In this document: piece after piece, positions 10,771 to 20,669 of the stretch
How the letters are laid out: every line of letters begins with the position of its first letter
How positions within the stretch are numbered: the first letter of the stretch is position 1
Source: Bacteroidia bacterium
GTDB taxonomy: Bacteria; Bacteroidota; Bacteroidia; M30B66
Direction: 5' to 3'
NCBI GenBank assembly: GCA_965279035.1
Contig: OZ257142.1
Span: 1,856,001 to 1,920,000, forward strand
DNA length: 64,000 nt
The notes under the pieces: model-generated
What the model was told of the DNA's origin: nothing
Seen by the model: only the letters and a program-made list of their open reading frames with translations
Databases searched by the model: none
Translations under genes and position numbers: made by a program

Positions 10771-11703
10771 TTATGCTTGATAAAATTTTTCTGTATCTCG
10801 AATTCCATCTTCATACGAAGTGGCTTTCCAACCAAAGTGTTTTTCGAATTTTGAAGAATCGAAATGGTAGGGAGAATCATACTGATAGAGCATTTCAACG
10901 GATTCTCCAATCACAGGAATAAACAATCCTAAAATACGTATCAGAAATTTAGGTAAGGTAGATACTTTCGATTTTCCTTTGGTGAATCGCGCTCCAATTT
11001 CGGCTAATTGTTCTCCACTTAAACCCGGATTGTAGGTTGGTACATGCCAAGTTTGACCAAATGCCGATTCATCACAAGCAAGTGCATATAAGGCTGCCCC
11101 AGCATCGGGAGCATAGGTCATTGAATGGGGAACTTTAGGGTTAACCATCCATTGTCCATTTTTACCAGCCCGTTGATTTTTTAGCATGAGCTGATGATAG
11201 AAACTAACCGGTTCTGCATAAGGGCCATAAAAATCGGCACTTCGAGCAATGATGCCTTTAAGTTTTCCTGCCTTGATTTCAGCTAAAAACATGGATGCGA
11301 TTTCGGCTCTAACTTCTCCTTTTTTACTCACCGGTTTGAATGGTGTTTCTTCAGTCATTTTTCCTTGAACACGCCCATACATATACACGTTATCAAAAAA
11401 GATGATTGGAATATTCAATTCGATACAGGCATCCAACACATTGCGCATGATAAGCGGCCATTCTTTTTGCCAAGTACTCGTTTTATATTCTATTCCAACG
11501 AGAAAGTAAACAATCGAAGAACCTTCAATTGCTTTCAAGACAGAATCTTTGCTTTTAACATCAGCACTTCGGCTTTCACATTGAGGAGCTGATTTACCTG
11601 ATCGGGAAACGAGTCTTACTTGCTCTCCGTTTTTTAAAAGTATGGGTAAAAGATTTGATCCGATTGCACCTCCGGCGCCAAGTATTGTATGAATTCCTTT
11701 CAT
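10771..11703 (-). CDS. NAD-dependent epimerase/dehydratase (atypical SDR)
   Basis: Rossmann GAGGAIG; DNVYMYG; ARSADFYGP. Confidence 0.88.
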   Translation of the reverse strand: MKGIHTILGAGGAIGSNLLPILLKNGEQVRLVSRSGKSAPQCESRSADVKSKDSVLKAIEGSSIVYFLVGIEYKTSTWQKEWPLIMRNVLDACIELNIPIIFFDNVYMYGRVQGKMTEETPFKPVSKKGEVRAEIASMFLAEIKAGKLKGIIARSADFYGPYAEPVSFYHQLMLKNQRAGKNGQWMVNPKVPHSMTYAPDAGAALYALACDESAFGQTWHVPTYNPGLSGEQLAEIGARFTKGKSKVSTLPKFLIRILGLFIPVIGESVEMLYQYDSPYHFDSSKFEKHFGWKATSYEDGIRDTEKFYQA

Positions 11704-11761
11704 TTCAATTTTTATTTTAAGTCAAAACTAAGTTGAGATACTATGTTAGCATATTGAATTT

Positions 11762-11800
11762 AGGTGAATGCACTTTATTCGAAGGTGAATCACCTTTATT
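11762..11800. promoter_or_regulatory. Tandem palindromic operator-like sites upstream of the SDR gene
   Basis: AGGTGAATGCACTTTATT / AGGTGAATCACCTTTATT at 21-bp period; AAGGTGA-A-TCACCTT is a perfect 7-1-7 palindrome; -7 TAGTTTTG at 11723-11730 (minus). Confidence 0.5.
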
Positions 11801-11817
11801 TCATGTTGAACCGAAAC

Positions 11818-11849
11818 AAAAAAGCACGTATGAAGTTCATACGTGCTTT
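11818..11849 (-). terminator. Intrinsic terminator after the desaturase gene
   Basis: AAAGCACGTATGAA-G-TTCATACGTGCTTT inverted repeat with T-run on minus strand. Confidence 0.8.
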
Positions 11850-11870
11850 GATTTTTTTCAAACATTCAAA

Positions 11871-12950
11871 CTAGCTATGAGAAGGAATGTTCATTTGTCC
11901 TAAGGAACGCAAATGGTTTATGTGAGAATGAAGTGCGTTTCTCATTTTACGATGTTCAATGTACTTAACTCCAAATTCATCACAGGTTTTTTTGATGATT
12001 TTACTGATGGCTGGATAATGAACGTGTGAGATTTTTGGGAATAGATGGTGTTCAATTTGAAAATTCAATCCACCTACAAACCAGCAAATAAATTTATTGC
12101 GAGTTGCAAAATTGGCAGTAGTTTTCAATTGGTGAATAGCCCATTCATCTTCTATTTTATTAGCAACTGGTTCTGGAAACGATGTTTCTTCAACCGTGTG
12201 AGCTAATTGGAAAACAACACTCAATACAACGCCAGCAAACATTCCATAAATAAGAAATCCTAAAGCCCAAGCACCTAAACCAACGGTATAGATTGGAACA
12301 AGCACAAAGATTCCAAAGTGAATGACTTTAAACGCCCAAAAGCTAATATGATCGGCTAATTTCATTTTCTTAAGCGGCATACTTCCTACTTTTTGAGTGA
12401 AGTATTTTTTATAATCCGTAAAGAAAATCCAGTAGATATAAAGCAAAGAATACGCAAACCAGAAATAGATATGTTGGTATTTATGCATCTTTAAATACTT
12501 CTGCGAATCACAGAGACGTAGAAAAGGACGAGCGTCAATATCATCATCTATTCCATCAATATTGGTATAGGCATGATGAATTACATTGTGTTTGGTATTC
12601 CACATAAATACGTTTGCTCCCAAAAAATTGAGCGACAAACCAGCTAGTTTATTAATCCAGCTGTATTTACTAAAGCTTCCATGTGCACCATCGTGCATTA
12701 CATTAAATCCGATAGAAGCAGTTAATCCACCTAAAAGAAGGCACTCAACTAAGGCAAAATACCATACTGGAGTAAAGAAAACTAGGTGTGTATAAACAAG
12801 TAAAAAGCTAACAACAAGAATGATTGCTTTCAAGAACAACTTATAATTCCCTGTTGTTGCTGCGCCCACTTCTTGGAAATAGGCAGTTATTCTTTGTTTG
12901 AGTTCAGAATGAAAAGAACTATTGGTAATCGTGAATTTAGGAGCGGCCAT
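11871..12950 (-). CDS. Membrane fatty acyl desaturase (linoleoyl-CoA/delta-6-like, DesA3-like)
   Basis: Three His boxes HDGAH, HNVIHH, QIEHH; TM segments. Confidence 0.93.
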   Translation of the reverse strand: MAAPKFTITNSSFHSELKQRITAYFQEVGAATTGNYKLFLKAIILVVSFLLVYTHLVFFTPVWYFALVECLLLGGLTASIGFNVMHDGAHGSFSKYSWINKLAGLSLNFLGANVFMWNTKHNVIHHAYTNIDGIDDDIDARPFLRLCDSQKYLKMHKYQHIYFWFAYSLLYIYWIFFTDYKKYFTQKVGSMPLKKMKLADHISFWAFKVIHFGIFVLVPIYTVGLGAWALGFLIYGMFAGVVLSVVFQLAHTVEETSFPEPVANKIEDEWAIHQLKTTANFATRNKFICWFVGGLNFQIEHHLFPKISHVHYPAISKIIKKTCDEFGVKYIEHRKMRNALHSHINHLRSLGQMNIPSHS

Positions 12951-13162
12951 GTTTCATTTTTAAGTTCGTACTGCACCAATTTTTCAAGGGAAAAATAATC
13001 ATCTCTCAAAAAACGCGTAAATGTAATTCATAATTGAATTCAACTAATAAGTGTTAGCCTAGTACTTTCGAACAAGACTTGTTTATATAGTTAAACGATT
13101 GGAATTCAGCTGCCAAACAATGTTAATGGAATCTCAATATTAGAAAGCATTTGATTGAATTT

Positions 13163-14491
13163 CTAGGTTGTTCTCGGGCGACGATGACCTCTCCAGCGAT
13201 TCCGTGTTCTCACTTCGGCACCGACACCTGCAGCTCCAGCTAATTGTGATGCTGATTTTTCACGGTCGGCCCTAGGAGGTCGTTGTGCTTGAGGTTTTTT
13301 CTTAGCCTTAGTAGTTGAATTTCGCGGACCACTCATGATGACTTCAGAACCAGTGCTCAATGGCCATGGGTGATTCATCATCACCGGAACAACCTTATTG
13401 ATTAATTTCTGAATGTCGCGTAGATATTCTTTCTCTTCTTCATCGCAAAACGAAAAGGCAATTCCACTTGCTCCGGCACGACCAGTTCGGCCAATTCGGT
13501 GAACATACGTTTCGGGAATGTTGGGGATTTCGTAATTGATTACGTGTGAAAGATTGTCCACATCAATTCCACGTGCTGCAATATCAGTAGCAACTAATAC
13601 ACGTGTAACACCTGATTTAAAATTTCCTAAAGCGCGTTGACGGGCATTTTGTGCCTTGTTACCGTGAATCGCTTCAGCAGAAATTCCTGCTTTGTGCATG
13701 TCTTTCACTACTTTATCAGCACCATGCTTTGTGCGTGTAAAGACCAATGCTGAAATGATTTTCTTATCCTTCAATAAATGAACAAGCAAGTGTTTTTTAT
13801 CGTTTTTATCGACAAAGAAAATCTGCTGTTCAATGGTTTCTGCTGTTGAAGAAACCGGCGTTACTTCTACTTTCACAGGATTGGAAAGGATCGTATCGGC
13901 TAATTTCTGAATCTCAGGAGGCATAGTCGCTGAGAAAAAGAGCGTTTGGCGTTTAGCAGGAATTTTTTGTAGGATCTTTTTCACATCGTGAATGAATCCC
14001 ATATCGAGCATACGATCGGCTTCATCGAGCACGAAAATTTCGAGGTGTTGCAAATGCACAAAACCTTGATTCATCAAATCAAGTAAGCGACCGGGAGTAG
14101 CGATTAGGATATCTATTCCACGTTTCAGAGCATCGGTTTGTGGGCGTTGAGGAACTCCTCCAAAAATAACGCTGTGACGAAGGTTGGTAAATTTCCCATA
14201 GGCCGTCATGCTTTCACCAATTTGGATGGCTAATTCACGTGTTGGTGTGAGAATAAGCGTCCGAATGTGCTTGTTTGAAGAAGGTTTGGGAGGTGTGTTA
14301 AAAAGCTGCTGAAGAATTGGAATCGAAAAAGCAGCAGTTTTTCCGGTTCCTGTTTGTGCACAACCTAAAAGGTCTCTACCCTTTAAAACATCGGGTATTG
14401 CTTGTTCTTGAATGGGTGTGGGTTGAACATAACCTTCTGCTTTCAAAGCACGGAGGATAGGTTCGATCAGTTGTAGTTGATCAAAATTCAT
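13163..14491 (-). CDS. rhlE: DEAD-box ATP-dependent RNA helicase RhlE-like
   Basis: Q motif [34 protein letters not shown]; basic C-tail. Confidence 0.9.
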   Translation of the reverse strand: MNFDQLQLIEPILRALKAEGYVQPTPIQEQAIPDVLKGRDLLGCAQTGTGKTAAFSIPILQQLFNTPPKPSSNKHIRTLILTPTRELAIQIGESMTAYGKFTNLRHSVIFGGVPQRPQTDALKRGIDILIATPGRLLDLMNQGFVHLQHLEIFVLDEADRMLDMGFIHDVKKILQKIPAKRQTLFFSATMPPEIQKLADTILSNPVKVEVTPVSSTAETIEQQIFFVDKNDKKHLLVHLLKDKKIISALVFTRTKHGADKVVKDMHKAGISAEAIHGNKAQNARQRALGNFKSGVTRVLVATDIAARGIDVDNLSHVINYEIPNIPETYVHRIGRTGRAGASGIAFSFCDEEEKEYLRDIQKLINKVVPVMMNHPWPLSTGSEVIMSGPRNSTTKAKKKPQAQRPPRADREKSASQLAGAAGVGAEVRTRNRWRGHRRPRTT

Positions 14492-14648
14492 AATTTGTTT
14501 TCAGGCGTCAAAAGCCTTCAAGCACTGATACAGCGAAGGAATGGGTGACCTGTTGGAAATTCTGGAACTTGCCAGAACAGGGGTGAAATTCTCCCTGAAA
14601 TTGCCAGACGGTAATACAGGGCTCAGTGGTGAATCGGCGGCAAAGATA
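14492..14648 (-). promoter_or_regulatory. Promoter (-7 TATCTTTG) and long GC-rich structured 5' leader of the DEAD-box helicase
   Basis: CAAAGATA at 14641-14648; nested inverted repeats 14523-28/14623-28, 14593-97/14617-21, 14549-53/14577-81, 14561-65/14572-76, hairpin 14503-17. Confidence 0.55.
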
Positions 14649-14677
14649 GTTGAAAGAACTGAGGCTTCGACATGAAA

Positions 14678-16018
14678 TTAATTCTCCTTCATAGGAAGTA
14701 TCCAATCGGGTGTATGCCAAGGAGAATAGGTAATGTTGGCTAAATTGGTTTTGGGATCGACAAAAGCTTGAGGTTTTCTTCCGTTCATTCCTACTAAAAT
14801 ATCAGCAGTTATAATTGGTTCGTAATTTAAATACCGGCGTAAATCCTTTTTGAGAAACATGCTGAATTTATATATCATATCGGCATTCTGCCCCATCATA
14901 TTGATTTGCATCGTATTAATCATGCGACCGATATTGATTTCTTGTGGAGGATCCTGTTCTAGTTTACGTGCATAAAATTTAACACTCACCTCTTTCGTGT
15001 ACGATTTCATCCGCCAGCCAAAAAAGTTTGCTTGCCCATTCCAATCCACGTTTTTTGAAACTAACAAATACCGAAAAGGAAGAAGCAATTGAATTAAAAT
15101 AAATCCGCAAATTAAATTTCGAACAAGTGGTTTTATTGGGAAAAGAATCGTTTCCTCTGCCGATTTTTTTAACTGAGTAAGTTGAATTCCCATGTCCTCT
15201 AATCCGATCCTGCTCAATAATTTTCGCAACTTATCGGGTGGAGCAAAAAGCAAATTGGCGGCAGTCATTGCTAAAGGAAAAACTCCAATCGTTCCACCTT
15301 CACCTATGTTGAACATGTAATGATTGGTAACATGGAAAATAATGGTAAGTATTGTCGCGATAAGAAAGCTCTTACGATTCCAAAGTAAAAAGCCAATCAC
15401 TAAGTCGAAAATCAATCCTCCGTAAGTTAAGTAATAAACGATCACATCATTTTGGAAGATTGGAATTGTTGTATTCATGTACAACAACGATCGTGGAGGT
15501 TGTTGAAGAAAAAGCCAGTCGTGGTTGAGTTTGACAATTCCTCCAAAAAAATAAACGAGGACAACGAGAAACTGAAATAAAAATAATTGCCAGTATGGAA
15601 TGACTTCTTTACCAGTACTATCGCGCTTAGGAGTAAAAAAGAGAAAGCATGAAGTAAGCATGAGGAAGAAGTAGAAGTGATTATTGAAATAGGCTTCTTC
15701 CAGAAACGTGAGGTAGGCAAAGGAAAGAACGAAGATGATAACACCAATTCGCATTGTTTTGCGAAAGATGAGGAGAGCTGGTCCAATGAATGTGCAATAA
15801 AGAATGAACTTCATTCCACCAGCAGGAAGCGGTTTTATGAAAGGGAGATAATCGAATGTGAAGAGAAAGCGAGGAGCAAGAATTCCTGCTTCAATAAAAT
15901 GAGCCGAAACATACACGTAAAATTGGAGCAGTAAAGCCAAAGCAAAAGCTACTCGAAACAAGTTCAGCGGTAATGCATCAACAGGTTGAAACAAACGCTG
16001 CGTGAAACGATTCATCAT
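14678..16018 (-). CDS. HTTM-domain / vitamin K-dependent gamma-carboxylase-like membrane protein
   Basis: FRVAF, YFNNHFY, YFFGGIVKLNHDWL, FHVTN, IGVFP, QLLLPFR, FGWRMK, NGRKPQ motifs; multiple TM helices. Confidence 0.85.
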   Translation of the reverse strand: MMNRFTQRLFQPVDALPLNLFRVAFALALLLQFYVYVSAHFIEAGILAPRFLFTFDYLPFIKPLPAGGMKFILYCTFIGPALLIFRKTMRIGVIIFVLSFAYLTFLEEAYFNNHFYFFLMLTSCFLFFTPKRDSTGKEVIPYWQLFLFQFLVVLVYFFGGIVKLNHDWLFLQQPPRSLLYMNTTIPIFQNDVIVYYLTYGGLIFDLVIGFLLWNRKSFLIATILTIIFHVTNHYMFNIGEGGTIGVFPLAMTAANLLFAPPDKLRKLLSRIGLEDMGIQLTQLKKSAEETILFPIKPLVRNLICGFILIQLLLPFRYLLVSKNVDWNGQANFFGWRMKSYTKEVSVKFYARKLEQDPPQEINIGRMINTMQINMMGQNADMIYKFSMFLKKDLRRYLNYEPIITADILVGMNGRKPQAFVDPKTNLANITYSPWHTPDWILPMKEN

Positions 16019-16040
16019 CTATTAAAGCAGGAATTGAATA

Positions 16041-16541
16041 TTAAGCGAATTGACAGATAATTCCACCCATCAACATCATGGTGAGTACCCAAAATCCTCC
16101 ATTGATGAAAATATATTTAAAACTTTTACGCTCGAACAAAGCAGTTACGCCAGCAGCTGGTAAAAGGAGGAATAATCCCGACATAAATCCATGTAAAGCA
16201 CCGTGTTTAAACGTGCGGAAATTATGGCCGTGTTGATCCATGAAGTTTTTATAATAGCCTCCAATTTCGGTTGTTGGATCCAACACTCCAGGTTCGTTTG
16301 CTAATACGGAGAAAACATGGTATTGGTGTATAACTAAAAATTGAAGAATGAATGCGATGAAAACACAGAATAAATAGGTAACACCAAAGATGACAACCAT
16401 ATTTCCTTCTTTCAATTGTTCTGGAGATAAGCCTGCTGTTCTCATCCAAGCATTTCCAAAAACTTTAGGGTGATACCAAATCATTCCAACTAACATCGGA
16501 ATTAAAGCAGCAAGAAGCAGAATAGGAAAGTTTATGTTCAT
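16041..16541 (-). CDS. DUF1761 family membrane protein
   Basis: GMIWYHPKVFGNAW, RTFKHGALHG, LFERKSFKYIFINGG. Confidence 0.85.
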   Translation of the reverse strand: MNINFPILLLAALIPMLVGMIWYHPKVFGNAWMRTAGLSPEQLKEGNMVVIFGVTYLFCVFIAFILQFLVIHQYHVFSVLANEPGVLDPTTEIGGYYKNFMDQHGHNFRTFKHGALHGFMSGLFLLLPAAGVTALFERKSFKYIFINGGFWVLTMMLMGGIICQFA

Positions 16542-16582
16542 AGGTAGGGTTTTTTTTCAAAGATATATTTTTTCAATGCCTT

Positions 16583-17137
16583 TCAAAATCCTTCCCTATT
16601 TTCTATGTCCCAGTTTTGTTTTGAGAGTTCATATAATAGACCATCCAATCCATGAAAAACTTCCTCAGTTCGAAGTTTCATTCCCAATTTTTCTATTACA
16701 TGTATGGAGGCTTTATTCTCTTTTGCAGCACGAGCAATGATAGTATCTAATTCCAAATCATAAAAACCCGTGTTAAGCGATGCAATTGAGGATTCTGTAG
16801 CATAACCTTTTCCCCAAAATCGACGATGAAATCGATAACCCAAATCTGTTTCACCAGTGTTTTGCACTCTTAATCCACACCATCCAATAATTTCAGACGT
16901 TTCTTTTAAAATGCAAGTCCAACGGCCAAATCCATCTTTTAAATAAGAGATAGAAGGATAATTTCGTAGAAATTCTTCTGCTTGATGGATGTTTTCAAAA
17001 GGATCGTCACCAGTGTATTTCAACACTTCCCAATCTGCATTCAAGGCAAAAAAGTCTGGCGCATCTTCCACCCGCATTTCACGCAAAATGAGACGGTCAG
17101 TTTCTTTATGAAACGTGAAATCTAACTTATCGTCCAC
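16583..17137 (-). CDS. GNAT (RimJ/RimL-type) N-acetyltransferase
   Basis: ETDRLILRE, IGWCG, DLGYR..FWGKGYATE, NKASIHVIEKLGM. Confidence 0.9.
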   Translation of the reverse strand: MDDKLDFTFHKETDRLILREMRVEDAPDFFALNADWEVLKYTGDDPFENIHQAEEFLRNYPSISYLKDGFGRWTCILKETSEIIGWCGLRVQNTGETDLGYRFHRRFWGKGYATESSIASLNTGFYDLELDTIIARAAKENKASIHVIEKLGMKLRTEEVFHGLDGLLYELSKQNWDIENREGF

Positions 17138-18434
17138 ACTGAACTTTTTGAAAAGTGATTCCCTGATTTGTTTCTATGATGAGTGTATAGATTCCTCTGG
17201 ATAAAGCAGATGTATTCATTTCGGTTGTATTGCCTACTAAATGAATTTTCCCTAAAAGATCGATCAGCTTATAGGAAATGAATTTTTCGCCTTCGGAGCA
17301 TTCGATGTGCATTGATTCTTCTGCTGGATTGGGATAAACTCGAGGTTTTTTCAAATTTAGTGTGTTGATGGAACTTGGTTGCTCGCACATGATTCCATTC
17401 AATCTTCTCCAAATTTCATTATCCAATACGGTAGGAACTAAACCACCCAAGCCATTAGGATCATTTCCCATACGCACCAACACAATACCTTTAGAAGGAA
17501 CAACATTCAAGTACTGACAATTTTTCCCCAATGCCGAAATCATATCATCGGGAGCATTGGGCATCAAAGAACCTGGAATAACCAACTGAGAACCAGGCAG
17601 CATGTATGATGATTTTCCATTCAACCACCAGAGATATCCATAGGAAAGATTGTAATTCTGAGAAGTATTGGTCATTGCGTCGAAATAACTCATATCGTGC
17701 AACAGTGTATCTTGATTCCAAACACCACGATTTAAAATGGTTAGTCCAAAACGAGCAAAAGCCCGAGTGGTGCTATACATCACGTTATTGCTGCCAGTCA
17801 TAATGTATGCACTAAATCCCATTCCGAGTCGAGATCGAACATTGGCATTGTAGAATTGGTTCACCGTATTGCCTGTAGCACCAGCCATAACACCATCAAG
17901 CAATGTATAAGGAGCATTGTGATATGCCCATCGAGTTCCGGCATCTGCTAAATATTCAAGGCATGTATCCATGGTGCAATCGGGTTCAGGAACACCATCG
18001 TTCAAGCCACTGGTCATAGTGAGTTGGTTTAAAACAGTAATATTGACTTCTTGTTGAGGTGTTTCATTGGTCCAGCCAGTTCCTAGATAATTGCTGCTTG
18101 GATTATGTATGTTTAAAAAACCTTGTTCTTGTGCCATACCAACCATGAATCCGGTAAGCGATTTTCCTGCAGATGCCCAATACCAAAGGCTATCGCGTGT
18201 AAACGTTCCGTAATATGCTTCCAAGGCTATTTTACCATCTTTCAAAATAAGAAAGGATTTAGAATTGTTGTCGCCTACGTAATCGATTAACGATTGAATG
18301 GAATCTGTACACCAGCCTAATTCGGTAGGTGATATGGTGTCCCAATTCGGGCCAATGATAGGAGGGAAGTAAAGTGATTGTGCATTACTTGAAGTTGCAA
18401 ACCACACAAGGAGTAGAGTGAAAATTTTTTTCAT
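17127..18434 (-). CDS. Serine hydrolase (beta-lactamase/AmpC-like superfamily) with T9SS CTD
   Basis: SxxK in WASAGKS, YHN, LTMTSGL, YGYLWW; CTD VYPNPA...GIYTL. Confidence 0.88.
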   Translation of the reverse strand: MKKIFTLLLVWFATSSNAQSLYFPPIIGPNWDTISPTELGWCTDSIQSLIDYVGDNNSKSFLILKDGKIALEAYYGTFTRDSLWYWASAGKSLTGFMVGMAQEQGFLNIHNPSSNYLGTGWTNETPQQEVNITVLNQLTMTSGLNDGVPEPDCTMDTCLEYLADAGTRWAYHNAPYTLLDGVMAGATGNTVNQFYNANVRSRLGMGFSAYIMTGSNNVMYSTTRAFARFGLTILNRGVWNQDTLLHDMSYFDAMTNTSQNYNLSYGYLWWLNGKSSYMLPGSQLVIPGSLMPNAPDDMISALGKNCQYLNVVPSKGIVLVRMGNDPNGLGGLVPTVLDNEIWRRLNGIMCEQPSSINTLNLKKPRVYPNPAEESMHIECSEGEKFISYKLIDLLGKIHLVGNTTEMNTSALSRGIYTLIIETNQGITFQKVQCGR

Positions 18435-18473
18435 GCTTAGCAGACAGTATAAGTGAAAAGAGTTTAATGCGAT

Positions 18474-20279
18474 TTATTTTGGACAGCTAATACCTAATTG
18501 AATTGATGCATCAGTAATTCCAAGTTTCTCTGCTTGCCAAGCATCCAAACAGGCATCTGGAAGAAATAGCAATTGTTTGACTTGCGCTCGAATTAAATAT
18601 GAAAAAGCAAGTTTATCATCAAGCTGAATGGCTTTATTGCATTCATTTAGAGCTAGTTGAAGCAAGTTTGTATCGATGGGTTTATTTGTTTTAGATGGCA
18701 TGTTGAAATGAGAGATTCCTGAAGTTGATTGAATTTTAAAATTAAGCTCTTTGATTTTATTGTTTTTTTCAAAAGCCATTTTGCAATACGTTATAGCTAA
18801 ATTGGTATGAGGTAATGGATTTAGACCGGAAATAGTGCATGATTCTATTAAATCTGCCTTCGCTTTAATCAATTCATTTTTCTCGTTATACAAAACTGCA
18901 CGAACATTTAAACATGTGGAATAAATTGATTTAAATTCTTCAACTCGGCTATACGCCTGAATTACATTCACTGAACTATCAGCATATATCAAGGCTCTTT
19001 CAAATTCATTCTTATTGCTATAACACTCTGCTAAAGCTTCATACAAGGAAGCCATGGATCCAGAAAAATAAAGTAAGGCTTTTTTTTCATCCAGTTTATA
19101 CTCGGGATTTGATTTAATGTCGGTTATGAATTGGCTTTGATGTCCGGCACAATTCAAGTAATCAGAAATAGCTAAATCTATATTTCCCGCAGCTTTATAG
19201 GCATTACCTCTGAATGAAATTAAAAGTGGACTAGAAGGAAATTTTTCTAAACCTTCGTTATAATACAGGACTGCTTTATTGTAGTCTTCTAAATTATATG
19301 CTGCTATTCCTCTTTGATAATAATAGCTCTTTTGGTTAGCATCGCAGAGTTCATTTAGTTGAAGCTTTATGGTTTTAATTTCTGCGGTATCTGATTTAGG
19401 AACGAATTTTTGGGCAAGCTGATAATTGAAGCAACATGAATCCATGTTTTCTAATTTGTGCCAGCTCATCGCACGATACAAATAAGCCGTGTAATTAGAA
19501 CTGTCCATTACAATGGCATCTGTATACGATTTAATAGATAATTCGAACTCTTGTAAATAATACAAAACACTTCCTTTGTATGTGTGGTAGTCGATATTAC
19601 TAGGGTTGATTTTAATAGCTTCATTTAAATCGACGAGAGCTCTTGACCAATTGCTTTGATTGATGAAGAAATTGGCTCTAGAAAAATAAACAGCTGCATT
19701 TTCGGGTTCTTTTTCTATGGCAGTAGCAAAATCAGCTTTAGCTAAAGCTTCATAGCCAGCACGTTGATTTAGACCAGCACGTTGTATATAGCATTCTGCC
19801 CGTTCAGGCTTGAGTTGTATGGCTTTATCAAAATCACGCAAAGCACCAGCGTAATCTTTTTTGGTTTCACGCAATTCGGCACGCATTAAAAAGGCATTTT
19901 CATTCGTAGCATCTGCCACAATTGCTTTTGAAACAAGCTCTTCTGTTTTGCTTAATTGATTTTGACTTGCTGCAATCTGTGCTAAGTTGAGAAAACAATT
20001 GCTGCATTGTGGATTGATCTCAATGGCTTTTTGGTAATCGATTTTTGCTTCGTTTAATAAACCCAATTTGATTTGAGAAAATCCTCTTCCTCTCAGTGCT
20101 TTTTCATTGTTAGGTTCTTTCTGAATGAGCTCATTGTATAAATTGTAGGCTTTCTTGAATTCTGCTTTTTCGAGTAGAGAATCGGCTTGTTTTATTAGTA
20201 GATTGTTTGGTTGTGCAATTGACCTGATTGATGTATTAAAAAGTACAAGGAAAAATAAAATGATAGCCGAGTAATTCAT
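18474..20279 (-). CDS. Exported tetratricopeptide repeat protein
   Basis: Signal peptide; many TPRs (A..DY.KAI.INP pattern); C-terminal ACLDAWQAEKLG. Confidence 0.9.
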   Translation of the reverse strand: MNYSAIILFFLVLFNTSIRSIAQPNNLLIKQADSLLEKAEFKKAYNLYNELIQKEPNNEKALRGRGFSQIKLGLLNEAKIDYQKAIEINPQCSNCFLNLAQIAASQNQLSKTEELVSKAIVADATNENAFLMRAELRETKKDYAGALRDFDKAIQLKPERAECYIQRAGLNQRAGYEALAKADFATAIEKEPENAAVYFSRANFFINQSNWSRALVDLNEAIKINPSNIDYHTYKGSVLYYLQEFELSIKSYTDAIVMDSSNYTAYLYRAMSWHKLENMDSCCFNYQLAQKFVPKSDTAEIKTIKLQLNELCDANQKSYYYQRGIAAYNLEDYNKAVLYYNEGLEKFPSSPLLISFRGNAYKAAGNIDLAISDYLNCAGHQSQFITDIKSNPEYKLDEKKALLYFSGSMASLYEALAECYSNKNEFERALIYADSSVNVIQAYSRVEEFKSIYSTCLNVRAVLYNEKNELIKAKADLIESCTISGLNPLPHTNLAITYCKMAFEKNNKIKELNFKIQSTSGISHFNMPSKTNKPIDTNLLQLALNECNKAIQLDDKLAFSYLIRAQVKQLLFLPDACLDAWQAEKLGITDASIQLGISCPK

Positions 20280-20303
20280 ACTGCAAGCTAAAGAATTGGA
20301 TAT

Positions 20304-20460
20304 AAAAAAAGCAGCCGATTAAGACTGCTCGATTCACATGATTTTTTCAACCACTTTTACTAATAAATATGCTATAAATTCTGATTTCGTCCCGGAAACA
20401 AAAGCCTTTCGGTTAGATTGGATTGCTCCGGGTTCGAAATCTTTTTACAGTGCAAAAGTG
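20304..20460 (-). ncRNA. Candidate ~140-nt small RNA (promoter-like element, GC hairpin, own terminator)
   Basis: -7-like CACTTTTG (20453-20460), stem GATTTCG..CCCGGA/TCCGGG..CGAAATC (20383-20441), terminator GCAGTC-ttaatc-GGCTGC-T7; no usable ORF. Confidence 0.4.
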
Positions 20461-20669
20461 ATTTTTACAGATGAATTCAATTTAAAGTGCATGTGAATAT
20501 TCACACATTGATTTGATTGAAAATTCAAGCTAAGTTTTCGTTTGTGTTAAGAATAATCAACTTACCTGTTGTGTGGTTAACTAATTAATTTAATATTTTC
20601 ATATCAACCAATGAAATAAGGCTGTTTAAGCATCTTGAAAATAAAACATTCATGTTTGTCTACGACGTA

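Noticed and set aside
14508-14720. 70-aa ORF as a leader peptide of the helicase
   Set aside because: It starts inside the HTTM gene, upstream of the helicase promoter, and shows no protein features
17127-18434. Antibiotic-resistance beta-lactamase
   Set aside because: Only superfamily-level SxxK/YxN motifs and no KTG box; more likely an esterase or peptidase
20304-20460. SRP RNA, 6S RNA or tRNA identity for the hairpin
   Set aside because: No SRP helix-8 CAGG/AGCA motif, too short for a 6S rod with central bubble, and no cloverleaf despite GGTTCGAA
20492-20505. CRP or Rex binding site
   Set aside because: Spacing is TGTGA-N4-TCACA, not N6 (CRP), and is shorter than the Rex box; kept only as a generic palindrome
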